Program-made: the position numbers and the translations under genes | Origin: Heterodontus francisci | Taxonomy: Eukaryota | DNA length: 64,000 bases | Direction: 5' to 3' | Assembly: GCF_036365525.1 (NCBI RefSeq) | Contig: NC_090378.1 | Location: 120,079,593-120,143,592 of the forward strand | The notes under the pieces: generated by a model | Databases searched by the model: none | The model's input: only the letters and a program-made list of their open reading frames with translations | What the model was told of the DNA's origin: nothing | Shown: one piece after another, positions 10,426 through 21,503 of the stretch | Layout of the letters: each line of letters begins with the position of its first letter | How positions within the stretch are numbered: position 1 is the stretch's first letter

Positions 10426-13410
10426 GACTTCAACTGCATCATCGATGCGGCTGGACGATCCGGCAGTGACGACAGCAAACTGGACGCTACGTCCAGATTC
10501 CTAATAGAAACAGTTAAGGATGCCAAACTGCACGACGTCTTCAGCAAACCTGCAGACGGAGCGCAGCGCAGATACACATGGTCAAGATCGGACGGGTCTG
10601 CCCGTTCCAGGATTGACTTCCTGTTTGTGTCCCGTGCTGTCACGGTCGGATCCACCGACGTCAAGCCGGTGTTCTTCTCCGACCACTGCCTCTTACTGGC
10701 CGACTGTCACTTACAGGACGACCAGCGGGTTGGCAGAGGGACGTGGAAGCTCAATGCGACACTGCTGACCCCAGAGAACGTTGAGGAACTCAAAAGGGAT
10801 TACAAAGGTTGGAGGACCGTGAAACCCCTCTTTGAGTCTCCAGTTCACTGGTGGGAAGCGATAAAGGAGAACATCAAGAGGTTCTTCATCCACAAAGGTG
10901 TTCAGAAGGCGAGAGAGAGACAGAGGGAACTGTCCCGACTCCAGAAAATTATGCAAAATCTACTCCGTTTGCAGTCAATGGGGGTCGAGGTCAAGGAGGA
11001 CCTCCAAGAGGTGAAGAGCCAGCAAGCCTCGCTCTTTGCCAAGGAGGCCTCCAAGATCATCTTCCGGTCCAGAGTCCGCTCCATCGAGCAGGATGAGACG
11101 TGCTCGCGTTACTTCTTCCAAAAGGTACACAGAGAGAGCTCTGTTATCAGCAGCCTGAAGGAAGAAGATGGCTCGGTAACGTCTTCGCAGTCCGACATAC
11201 TAAGGATCAGCAAATCCTTTTATGCTGGGCTGTATGACGCGAAGCCCACAGACAGCAGAGCCTCCCAGTCCTTCCTGTCATCTATCACAGAGGTCCTAGA
11301 TGACAGCAGGAGGGAGAGACTGGACAAGCCGCTAATTCTGGACGAGCTGACAAAGGCCGTCGAGTCTTTCGAGACGAGTAAAACTCCCGGGAGCGACGGC
11401 TTACCGGTCGAGTTGTACTCGTCCCTGTGGGACTGGGTCGGCCCGGACCTGCTGGAAGTATACGAGAGTATGCTCCTGGCCGGCAGCATGGCAGAATCCA
11501 TGAGAAGAGGCATCATCACCCTCATTTACAAGCAGAAGGGGGAGAGGGCAGAAATCAGAAATTGGCGGCCCATCTCACTGCTTAATGTTGATTACAAGAT
11601 TCTGTCCAAAGTCATAGCCAGTCGAGTCAAGTCTGCTCTGGAGTTGGTGATTCACCCCGATCAGACCTGTACTGTACCCGGCAGGAAGATCTCTGATAGT
11701 CTCGCGCTACTCAGGGATACGATCGCCTACGTACGGGACAGGAGGGTGGACACCTGCCTCATCAGTCTGGACCAGGAGAAGGCTTTTGACAGGATATCGC
11801 ACACCTACATGATGGACGTGCTTTCCAAAATGGGGTTTGGGGAGGGAATCTGCAATTGGATCCAACTGCTCTACACAAACATCAGTAGCGCAGTGTCAAT
11901 CAACGGTTGGGAATCTGAAAGTTTCCCGATCAAATCTGGAGTCAGACAGGGCTGTCCTCTGTCCCCGGTCTTGTTTGTTTGCTGTATTGAACCCTTTGCT
12001 GAGTCTATTAGGAAGGATGCGAGCATAAGAGGGGTGACAATCCCAGGCAGCGGAGGCACTCAGGTCAAAACCTCCCTGTACATGGATGACGTCGCCGTCT
12101 TCTGCTCGGATCCGCTGTCCGTGCGCAGACTGATGAGCATCTGCGACCAGTTCGAACTGGCCTCGGGAGCCAAAGTTAACCACGGCAAGAGCGAGACCAT
12201 GTTCTTTGGGAACTGGGCTGACCGATCCTTTGTCCCCTTCACCGTCAGGTCAGATTACCTGAAGGTGCTGGGGATATGGTTCGGAAGTGCCGGGGCGTGC
12301 ACCAAAACATGGGAGGAGCGAGTAGCCAAGGTACGACAAAAGTTGGGCATGTGGGGGCAGCGATCTCTCTCCATTGTGGGTAAGAACCTGGTCATCAGGT
12401 GCGAGGCGCTCACGTTGTTGCTCTACGTGGCGCAGGTCTGGCTCATACCCCACTCCTGCGCCGTGGCAGTCACCAGAGCCATTTTCCGCTTCGTCTGGGG
12501 ATCTAAAATGGACCGGGTCCGGAGGGACACGATGTTCAAATCTCTGGACATGGGCGGGAAAAATGTACCCAACGTGGCCCTCATCCTGATGACCACCTTC
12601 GTGTGTGGCTGCATCAAGCTATGTGTAGATCCCCAGTACGCAAACTCCAAGTGTCACTACGTGCTGAGGTTCTATCTGTCCCCGGTGTTGCGAAGGATGG
12701 GCCTGGTCACATTGCCGCGGAACGCACCATGCAGTTGGGCGGCGCCGTACCACCTATCCTTCGTGGAGCAGTTTCTGCGGAAAAACACCTTTGACCACCG
12801 GTCCATCAGGCAGTGGTCTGCACGGAATGTCCTCAAGGCCCTACGGGAAAAGGAAACGGTGGATCCTGTCGGATGGTTCCCCGAGCAGACCGTCAAAGTC
12901 ATTTGGCGGAATGCCTCATCACCAGAACTTTCAAACAAGCACCAAGACATAGCTTGGCTGGTGGTGAGAAGGGCCCTCCCCGTCAGATCCTTCATGCACA
13001 CCCGAAGTCTCGCCCCCTCCGCACAGTGCCCCCGCGTTGGCTGTGGTGGGGAAGAGACGGTCGCCCACCTCCTCCTGGAATGTGCCTTTGCAAAGCAGGT
13101 GTGGAAAGAGATGCAGTGGTTTTTGTCAAGGTTCATCCCAAGCAGCTCTGTAACACAGGAGTCTGTGCTCTACGGGCTGTTCCCAGGGACGCACACCGAG
13201 ACAAACATCAACTGCTGCTGGAGGACTATCAATTCGGTGAAAGACGCCCTTTGGTCTGCCCGAAACCTGCTGGTCTTCCAGCGCAAAGAGTTGTCCACCA
13301 CCGAATGTTGCAGACTGGCACATTCCAAGGTCCAGGACTACGTGCTGAGGGACGCACTAAAGCTTGGGGCAGCCGCAGCAAAGGCTCAATGGGGAAAGAC
13401 CACAGTGTAA
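10426..13410 (+). CDS. ORF2 of the Tx1-clade LINE: C-terminal part of APE endonuclease + reverse transcriptase + C-terminal zf-RVT/CCHC (N-terminally truncated, no true start codon)
   Basis: EN motifs DFN, RIDFLFVS, FSDH; RT motifs KTPGSDGLP, NWRPISLLNVDYKI, DQEKAFD, GVRQGCPLSP, YMDD; C-terminal CPRVGCGGEETVAHLLLEC. The ORF-track start (TTG at 10420) lies inside the TSD. Confidence 0.92.
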   Translation, partial: DFNCIIDAAGRSGSDDSKLDATSRFLIETVKDAKLHDVFSKPADGAQRRYTWSRSDGSARSRIDFLFVSRAVTVGSTDVKPVFFSDHCLLLADCHLQDDQRVGRGTWKLNATLLTPENVEELKRDYKGWRTVKPLFESPVHWWEAIKENIKRFFIHKGVQKARERQRELSRLQKIMQNLLRLQSMGVEVKEDLQEVKSQQASLFAKEASKIIFRSRVRSIEQDETCSRYFFQKVHRESSVISSLKEEDGSVTSSQSDILRISKSFYAGLYDAKPTDSRASQSFLSSITEVLDDSRRERLDKPLILDELTKAVESFETSKTPGSDGLPVELYSSLWDWVGPDLLEVYESMLLAGSMAESMRRGIITLIYKQKGERAEIRNWRPISLLNVDYKILSKVIASRVKSALELVIHPDQTCTVPGRKISDSLALLRDTIAYVRDRRVDTCLISLDQEKAFDRISHTYMMDVLSKMGFGEGICNWIQLLYTNISSAVSINGWESESFPIKSGVRQGCPLSPVLFVCCIEPFAESIRKDASIRGVTIPGSGGTQVKTSLYMDDVAVFCSDPLSVRRLMSICDQFELASGAKVNHGKSETMFFGNWADRSFVPFTVRSDYLKVLGIWFGSAGACTKTWEERVAKVRQKLGMWGQRSLSIVGKNLVIRCEALTLLLYVAQVWLIPHSCAVAVTRAIFRFVWGSKMDRVRRDTMFKSLDMGGKNVPNVALILMTTFVCGCIKLCVDPQYANSKCHYVLRFYLSPVLRRMGLVTLPRNAPCSWAAPYHLSFVEQFLRKNTFDHRSIRQWSARNVLKALREKETVDPVGWFPEQTVKVIWRNASSPELSNKHQDIAWLVVRRALPVRSFMHTRSLAPSAQCPRVGCGGEETVAHLLLECAFAKQVWKEMQWFLSRFIPSSSVTQESVLYGLFPGTHTETNINCCWRTINSVKDALWSARNLLVFQRKELSTTECCRLAHSKVQDYVLRDALKLGAAAAKAQWGKTTV

Positions 13411-13684
13411 GGTTCCCCCACCAAGCTGGACTGAGGGGCTGGAACCATGGGAAACCCCTCGAACTGTATCGTTAATATTCTCAATTGCTGTAAATGTAAA
13501 ACTGTAATTGACATGACAATTGTGAAACGGAAAGGTTGGGAAGAAACTCATGACATTATTGAAAGAAACTGATCTCTTTTGCAATGTTTGTATTTTTTCG
13601 TGCTGTTTGGAAACTGTTTGGCAATGTAATTTTTACAGATTTTTATGAATAAAGTATATTTTGGAAATAAAAAAATAAAAAAAA
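10426..13684 (+). mobile_element. Young 5'-truncated Tx1/L1-clade non-LTR retrotransposon with poly(A) tail and 11-bp TSD
   Basis: GTGTTTTGTGT occurs at 10415-10425 and 13685-13695; AATAAA at ~13649 precedes an A-rich tail ending at 13684; ORF2 is uninterrupted. Confidence 0.95.
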
Positions 13685-13786
13685 GTGTTTTGTGTTTAGT
13701 ATCTCGGGAAGTAAACACAGAAGCAGAAACCCAGCAAAGAACAAAGCCCCAGATATGAGCCTCCAAATGAGCACGTAACTGTTACT
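13685..13786 (-). pseudogene. Putative transmembrane exon of an Ig-like receptor, interrupted near its 3' end by the Tx1 LINE (continues at 10414-10400)
   Basis: Minus frame SNSYVLIWRLISGALFFAGFLLLCLLPEILNTKH; after removing the LINE and one TSD it continues NFTN*; minus-strand AATAAA at 10030-10035. Confidence 0.35.
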
Positions 13787-13794
13787 CTGCTATG

Positions 13795-14190
13795 TAGAAT
13801 ATAGGAACAGGGGTAGGCCATTCAGCCCCTTCAAGACTGTTCCATCATTCAGTTCAATCATGGCTGATCTGTACTCCATTTACCTGCCTTTGATCCATAT
13901 TCCTTGTTATTCTTATCTAATAAAAATCAGTCAATCTCTGCCTTTAAAATGTCAATTGACCAACATCTCCAATGTTTTAGAGGAGAGAATTCCAATTTCC
14001 ACCACCCTTTGTGTGAAGAAGTGCTTCCTGATTTCGAATCTTCTAATTTTAGGATTATGTCACCTTGTTGTGGATTCCCGAACTTGATAAAATAACTTCT
14101 CTTCATCAAACCTATCAAATCCTTTTATTACTTTAAGCACCTTAATTAAATCATCCGTTCAACTTTCTAAACTCAGAGGAATACAAGACA
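13795..14190 (-). mobile_element. CR1 3'-end fragment
   Basis: Reverse CR1 tail (TAGGAACAGGGGTAGGCCATTCAGCCCC...) and decayed FTQRVV-encoding sequence. Confidence 0.7.
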
Positions 14191-15469
14191 ATATTTGATA
14201 ACTTCACAAATGCATTTTAACAGGAGTTTGTGAGTTTTATATAAAAACTTGAATTAAATTAAAGTGTCAGTTTCCAATCACTGTACATGTTACTCACTAG
14301 AAAGTTTGTATGTAGGGATGTCAGGTTATTACAGAATCAGGTTTCCTGTGATGCCCCCATGATTGAATAGCCTGTTGCCACTCACTGTCAACTTGTTTCA
14401 CCGAGGAGCAATTGAGGTGATTAATTTGATGCTATTGTTAATTTGATTTGTGAAGAATTATTTCCACAGAACACACACACATTCTCGGAGTGAAAATTAA
14501 TTTCAATTAAACCATTGATCCAGGATGGTACATTTTGTACAACCATATCAGTTTGAGATAATGAGGTCTGTTAACATATTCCAAAGAGGAAATTGATCCC
14601 TCGAGGAGAGCAATCCAGGGGTGAAAATGGGAAGATGAATTACTATTCTCTAATTTTGTTTGATTATGTTTGGCAATCAAAGTGTATTTACACAGAAACT
14701 TCTCTTCTGAGATTCAGTGGGAATATAATCGAGAACAGGGAAGATTTGTACCTTGTTAGTGAAAGGAGCAGGCTTGATGAGCAGAATGGCCTTTTCTTGT
14801 TATATGCTTTCCTATATCCTTGTGTGTATCTCCCACATCCAACATTCCAGAGCAACAGACCAAGAGACACCTGGAAGCAAATGTCTGCTCAGGGCCCTGG
14901 TGGATTCTCAACTCCTGTCGACCATACTTGAGTATGACTAATGGTTCAGTGTATTCTGTGTATGTGACAGTGATGACAGTCAATAGAGGGCACCCTTTAC
15001 TAAGTAGTTAAACTATCCTGGGCCTAATGCAGTTCACTGCTTTGCTGCTTTATAAACAGTAACATTCTTTGTACAGCTTGCTAGGCATTCGTACTTGAAT
15101 TTAAATTGTGTTTCTAGAAAATAATTTCCGAGCTGGTTCCTGTGATGTTGATTATTACTGATTTCACTGAGAAACAAAGTTCGTGCATCATTTAATAGGA
15201 TAGGGATGTGGTTCGGGTCTGTCTGAATGTGCTGTGTATTTCACTCACTGTCAGTGTGGGCAGATTCTGTCATTTGTGATCACATTGGAAGCATTGTGAA
15301 TTGTGAGGAGGATAGTGTAGAACTTCCAAAGCACATAGACAGGTTGGTGGAATGGGCAGACAAGTGGCAGATGAAATTTAATGTAGAAATGTGTGAAGTG
15401 ATTTATTTCAGTAGAAAGAATGTGGAGAAACAATATAAAATAAAGGGTAAGATTCTAAAGTGGGTGCAG

Positions 15470-16013
15470 CATCAACGCAAGCTCGAGGAACAGCATCTCA
15501 TCTACCGATTAGGCACACTACAGCCTGCCGGACTGAACATTGAGTTCAATAATTTCAGAGCATGACAGCCCCCCCATTTTACTTTCATTTTTAGTTCTTT
15601 TTTCTTTTTCTCTTTTTTCATTTTTTACAATTTTTTTTTTTTGCATTTATTTCATTTCATCTTAGTTTGTTCAGTTTGCTTACCCACTGTTTATTTCAGG
15701 TTTGCACTTGCTGCTGTTCAGTATTCAGTCCGTTAACACCTAATCTGTACTAATGCTTTGTCTTTCAACACACCATTAACATATTGTTTGCCTTTGCTCC
15801 ATGACCTTTTGGTCAGCTATGTGGCCTTGTCCAATCTACACCTTCTCCTTTGTTCTCTCTTGCCCCAGCCCCACCTCACTTGATTATAACCTGTGACTTT
15901 TCTCATATTTGTCGGTTCCGAAGAAGGGTCACTGACCCGAAATGTTAACTCTGCTTCTCTTATCACAGATGCTGCCAGACCTGCTGGGTGGTTCCAGCAT
16001 TTCTTGTTTTTAT
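15470..16013 (+). mobile_element. Penelope-like element 3' fragment (GIY-YIG C-terminus plus pLTR/3' region)
   Basis: QRKLEEQHLIYRLGTLQPAGLNIEFNNFRA* is typical of the Penelope GIY-YIG C-terminus; TGCAG is duplicated at 15465-15469 and 16014-16018 within the host CR1. Confidence 0.8.
15914..15950 (+). ncRNA. Minimal type I hammerhead ribozyme-like motif (variant core) in the Penelope element
   Basis: GGTT-CCGAAGA-a-GGGTC-act-GACCC-GAAA-TGTTA-ACT: a CUGANGA-like box, a 5-bp stem II, a GAAA box and a short stem I. Confidence 0.6.
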
Positions 16014-16574
16014 TGCAGTAACAGAGGGACCTGGGTGTAGACGTGTGTAAATCATTGCAGTGGCAGGACAGGTTGTGAGGGTGGTTAATAAAGCATACAT
16101 CATCCTAAGTTTTATCAGTAAGGACATAGAATACAGAAGCAAGGAAGTTATGTTAAACTTGTATAAAACACTGGTTCATCGTCAACTAGAGCATTGCATC
16201 CAGTTCTGAGCACCACACGAAAGGAAGGATGTGAAGGCATTAGAGAGGGTGCAGAAAAGATTCACAAGAATAGTTCCAGGGATGAGGAACTTCAGTTATT
16301 TAGATAGATTGGAGAGGCCGGAACTGTTTTCCTCGGAGAAGAGAAGGCTGAGAGGGGATTTGATTGAGGTATTCAAAATCATGAGGGGTCTGGAGAGAGT
16401 AGATAGAGAAAAACTGCTCCCACTGAAGGAAGGATCGAGAACCAGAGGGCACAGATTTAAGATAATCGGCAAAAGAAGCAATGGAGACATGAAGAAAACC
16501 TTTTCACACAGCGAGTGGTTAGAATCTGAAATGCACTGTCTGAGAGTGTGGTGGAAGCAGTTACAAGCATCCGA

Positions 16575-18232
16575 ACATAGGAATTAGGAGCAGGAGGAGG
16601 TCACTCGGCCCCTCGAGCCTGCTGCACTATTCAATAAGATCATGGCTGATCTGATTGTAACCACGACTCCACATTCCCACCTCCCTCTGAGAACCTTTCT
16701 CCCTCTTCCTTATCAAGAATCTATCTCCCTCTGCCTTAAAAATATTTAAGGACTCTGCTTCCATTGCCTTTTGATTATTGTCTGAAAAGGAAGAATGTTC
16801 AGGGCTACGGGGAGAAGGCGGGAGTGTGGCACACTCTGAATTGCTCATTCTGAGAACCAACACATAGAAACATAGAAAATAGGAGCAGGAATAGGCCGTT
16901 CGGCCCTTCAGGCCTGCTCCGCCATTCAAAAAAGATCATGGCTGATAGTTTAATTCAGTTTCCTGTTCCTGCTTTCTCTCCATATCCCTTGATCCCTTTG
17001 GCATTCAGAAATATATGTTTCTCCTTCTTGAATATATTTTAATGACTTGGCCTCCATTGCCTTCTGCGGTAGAGAACTCCACAGGTTCACCACCCTCTGA
17101 GTGAAGAAATTTCTCCTCATCTCGGTTCTAAATGGCATACTCCATATCCTGAGACAGTTACCCCTGGTTCTGGACTCCCCAGCCATCAGGAACATCCACC
17201 CTGCATCTAGCCTGTCTAGTCCTGTTAGAATTTTATAGGTTTCTATGAGATCCCCTCTCATTCTTCTAAACTCTAGTGAATATAGACCGAGTCGATCCAT
17301 TCTCTCCTCATCCGTCAATCCTGCCATTCCAGGAATCAGCCTAGTAAATCTTCTTTGAACTCCCTCCATGGCAAGAACATCTTCCTCAGATAAGGAGACC
17401 AAAACTGCACAATATACTCCAGACGCGGTCTCACCAAGGCCCTGTATAACTGCAGTAAGACATCCTTACTCCGGTACTCAAATCCTCTTGCAATGAAGGC
17501 CAACATACCATTTGCCTTCCTAACTGCTTGCAGCACCTGAATGCTTGCTTTCAGTGACTGGTGCACAAGGACACCCAGGTCTCGTTGCACCTTCCCCTTA
17601 CCTAATCTTTCACCATACAGATAATCTGCCTTTCTATTATGCCAACCAAAGTGGATTACTTCACATTTATCCACATTATACTGCATCTGCCATGCATTTG
17701 CCCATTCACCCAATTTGTGCAAATCACATTGAAGCCTCTTTGCATCCTTCTCACAGATCACTCGCACCCCACCCCCACCCCCCCCTCCTCCAGCTTTGTG
17801 TCGTCTGCAAACTGGGAAATGTTACATTTAGTTCCCTCACCCAAGTCATTAATATATATTGTGAATAGCTGGGGTCCAAGCACTGATCCCTGCCATACCC
17901 CACTAGTCACTGCCTGCCACTCGGAAAAGACCCATTTATTCCTATTCTCTGTTTCCTGTCTGTAAACCAATTCTCATTCCATGCCAATATATTACCCCCA
18001 ATCCCATGTGCTTTAATTTTGCCCACGAACCTCTTACGTGGGACCTTATCAAAAGCCTTCTGAAAATCCAAATACACCACATCCACTGGTTATCTATTAT
18101 CTATTATCCTTATCATCCTTATCTATTCTACTAGTTACAGCCTCAAAAAACTCCAGTAGATTTGATAAGCATGATCTCCCTTCCGTAAACCCATGCTGAC
18201 TTTGTCCAATCCCATTTATGCTTTCCAGGTGT
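16575..18232 (-). mobile_element. CR1 LINE fragments (RT to 3' end), two adjacent pieces
   Basis: Minus ORFs with [68 protein letters not shown]; CR1 tails at ~16580 and ~16865. Confidence 0.88.
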
Positions 18233-18329
18233 TCACAGAAATGACGGGCCGATTGGGTTTTATTCATGTGCTCTACAATTACTGAGGACTGTGGATTATG
18301 ATTTATGTGCTATTTCCCTTCAATATCCA

Positions 18330-19165
18330 GCAGTTTCAAAGTCACTGGCATTCCCTTTCCAGTAAAGTGTCTTTCCTGATCTGATCCCATGATCCGTGGT
18401 AGTCACCTTCTGGAGAATATCTCCTTCACCAGGATTTTCGAGATACTTCAGTGGGTAGCTGCGTTACATGGAACTGCCTCAACCCATTTGGTGAAGTTAT
18501 CAACCAGAATAAACAGTATTTATTCCCACTGCTGGAAGTTGGAAGAGATTCTATAAAATCTATATGCACACTGCCAAGGTGCTTCTAATCTTTGGGTGTG
18601 CCCCAAAGGTGCCTTTCTCCTCTGTAGGTCTGGATTATTGGCTGCACAAATCAACAATTATGAAAAAATCCTCCACATCCTCTGTCTGATGAGGCCACGA
18701 TCCCACCACATTCACTCTTTTCCATGTTCCCTCTGCACTAGGATGTCCTGCTCCTGGTCCCTCCATGTACTAATCAGAGAAAATCTTCCCTCTGGGTTGT
18801 AGGCACCACCCACTTGTCATTTTTAAATAACATCCCTTCTTTAATTCCCATTTCAGCTCTTCCACAGGGTCTCTCAACAGTCTCCTCCTTTTCTAGTTTG
18901 TTTAACACCTCCCTGAGTGCTGGATCCAACTTTTTCACTTCTATAAGATCACTCACTCTCACTGGCTCAACCACTGCCATCATTGCTATTTCTCCCACTT
19001 CTTCCATGGGATCCCAAGACTCTCCTCCTATAGCGCCTTTCTTTGCTAGTATGTCTTCTTTCTCGTTTCCTCCCCATCTCACCTCTGTCTTAGCATGAGC
19101 CTTCATTTTGTGTATATAATAGTCATATTTCCCCTCATTGTTCCTGATCACCTGCAGCACTGTCT
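18330..19165 (-). mobile_element. LTR-retroelement (ERV-like/Gypsy) pol relic: RNase H C-terminus and start of integrase
   Basis: HKMKAH...GNEKEDILAKKGA (retroviral-type RNase H end), then the connection region and WVVP...; decayed downstream. Confidence 0.65.
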
Positions 19166-19524
19166 TCAGCGTAGTGTAACAAGAATTTTACTTTTTGTAC
19201 TCAGAACTTAGAATTCTTTGTGTTTTAAAAACTGAGAAAAGGACTTTCACTCAGTGGACATTGACCTGCAAATAGCTGAATTTTTTGGATGTTGACTCTG
19301 TACAAAAGAACTGGGAAGCAGACAGTTTCAAGGAAACAGCAAGGGGTTTTGACCTGCTCAGAGCAACACTTTGAATGACTGGAGAGACTGTCTTGTCATG
19401 TGATTGGTTCAGGAAGGTTTGCTTTCACTTTTGACACTTTTTAAAACCAATGAGTTGGACAAAGAGCAGGCATTTTTGGAATTTGGCTGTGACCTGCCTG
19501 GAGAGAGAGAAAGACCCGCTGTGT

Positions 19525-19750
19525 AGAGGAATAGGACACCAATTTAAGGAGGTTGGTAAAGGAACCAATGATGACATGAGGAAAAACTGTTTTACCCAGA
19601 GAGTGGTCAGGATCTGGAATGAACTGTCTGAGAGTATGGTGGAGGCTGATTCAATCGGGGCTTTCAGAAGGGGATTGGATAAACACCTGAAGAGAAACGA
19701 TTTGCAGGGCTATGGGGAAAAGGCAGGGGAGTGGGATGAGTTGAGTTGCT
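19525..19750 (+). mobile_element. CR1 3'-end fragment
   Basis: DMRKNCFTQRVVRIWNELSESMVEADSIGAFRRGLDKHL. Confidence 0.8.
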
Positions 19751-19754
19751 TTTA

Positions 19755-20880
19755 TTTCATTCGTTCATGGGATGTGGGTGCCGCTGGCCAGGCCAGCATT
19801 TATTGATCATCTCTAATTGCCCTTGAGAAGGTGGTGGTGAGCTGCCTTCTTGAACCACTGCAGTCCATTTGGGGTAGGTACACCCACAGTGGTGTTAGGA
19901 AGGGAGTTCCAGGTTTTTGACCCTCCATCAGTGAAGGAACGGCGATACAGTTCCAAATCAGGATGGTGTGTGACTTGGAGGGGAACTTGCAGGTGGTGGT
20001 ATTCCCATGGATTTGCTGCCCTTGTCCTTCCAGTTGGTAGAGGTCGCGGATTTGGAAGGTGCTGTCTAAGGAGCCTTGGTGCATTGCTGCAGTGCATCTT
20101 GTAGATGGTACACACTGCTGTCACTGTGCTTCAGTGATGGAGGGCGTGAATGTTTGTGGATGAGGTGCCAATCAAGAAGCTGCGTTGTCCTGGATGGTGT
20201 CGAGCTTCTTGAGTGTTGTTGGAACTGCACCCATTCAGGCAAGTGGAGGGTATTCCATCACACTCCTGCCTTGTGCCTTATGGGCAGGCTTTGGGGAGTC
20301 AGGAGGTGCGTTACTCACTGCAGGATTCCTAGCCTCTGACCTGCTCTTGTAGCCACGGTATTTATATGGCTACTTCAGTTAAGTTTCTGGTCAATGGTAA
20401 CTCCCAGGATGTTGATAGTGAGGGATTCAGTGATTGTAATGCCATTGAATGTTGGTTGGATTCTTCTTGTTGGAGATGGTCATTGCCTGGCACTTGTGTG
20501 GCGCGAATGTTACTTGCCACTTATCAGCCCAAGCCTGGATATTGTCCAGGTCTTGCTGCATTTCTACATGGACTGCTTCAGTATCTGAGGAGTTATGAAT
20601 GAAACTGAACATTGTGCAATTATCAATGAACATCCCCACTTCTGATCTTATGATTGAAGGAAGCTCTTTGATGAAGCAGCTGAAGATGGATGAACCTGGG
20701 GCACTACCCTGAGGAACTCCTGCAGCGATGTCCTGGAGATGAGATGACTGACCACCAACAACAACAGTCATCTTCTGTTATGCTCGGTATGACTCCAACC
20801 AGTGGAGAGATTTCCCCGATTCCCCTTGACTCCAGTTTTACTGGGGGTCCTTGATGCCGTACCCAGTCAAATGCTGTCTT
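19755..20880 (-). mobile_element. CR1-group LINE RT/3' fragment (second family; also at 26860-27210 + and 36570-37418 -)
   Basis: AGVPQGS..GSSIFSCFI, MFIDNCT, QDLDNIQAWADKWQVTFAPHKCQAMTIS; family tail ...FKKAAHHHLLKGN. Confidence 0.85.
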
Positions 20881-21503
20881 TATGCCTTTTGGAAAAAGCT
20901 GGCACAGATATGACAGGCCGAATGGCCTCCTTCTGTGTTGTAACCATTCAATGAGCCTATGATTCTCACAGCCATTGTGGGATTTGAACTCCCACACTTT
21001 GGATTATTAGTCCACTGGATTCCTAGTTGAGTATCATATCCACTTCATCACCGTACCCATAACAAAGATCAAATTACAGAATGAGAGACAAGTTTTGTTT
21101 TAAATGAACAAAACATGAGACTGCAATGCATTCTGTGTATAACTGGGGACTGAACAAAAAAGTGGTGTATGGGCTGTTCCTGGTTTGAGGAAGAAACTTG
21201 TAAATTTTCCAAGTTTCTATCCCAGTTTTCCCTGTCCCCTGTGGACTGTAAGCACTGGGAGGTTGTGTTCTGTCAGTGAGAGTGCTGTAGACATGGAACT
21301 TGCTTTTTGTCTGCACCTTTCTGTGACTTTTCAGCTCATTGCTAAGTCTGAGACCTGGAATCTTGTCCTGTTACACTATTGTGGAATTTATACAGAGTTC
21401 CAGTGGCCGACAATTGTGCCTTAAAACTGGAAAGTAATTCCATCGCTGAACCTCCTAACATTGAATGTGACTGATGCTGGTTCTGATGTACAATCAGACT
21501 CAC

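Larger units (their letters stand above)
15280..16560 (+). mobile_element. CR1 RT/C-terminal fragment split by a Penelope insertion
   Basis: IGSIVNCEEDSVEL...WADKWQMKFNVEMCEV (15280-15469), resuming at 16014 with ALERVQKRFTRIVPGMRNFSY...RRLRGDLIEVFKIM. Confidence 0.85.

Noticed and set aside
10420-13410. Treating the 996-aa ORF as a host gene or an autonomous element
   Set aside because: The start codon lies in the TSD, the endonuclease N-terminus and ORF1 are missing, and poly(A) plus TSD show a truncated retrocopy.
15220-15285. CAGTGTG heptamer followed by ...ILSF..., resembling a J with RSS
   Set aside because: No nonamer at 12 or 23 spacing and no FGxG; the following sequence is CR1.
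21325-21418. Plus-strand HYCGIY followed by TACAGAG-12bp-ACAATTGTG, resembling a V 3' end with a 12-RSS
   Set aside because: The heptamer lacks CAC, the nonamer matches only 4/9, and there is no upstream V framework (first Cys, WYQQ) in frame.
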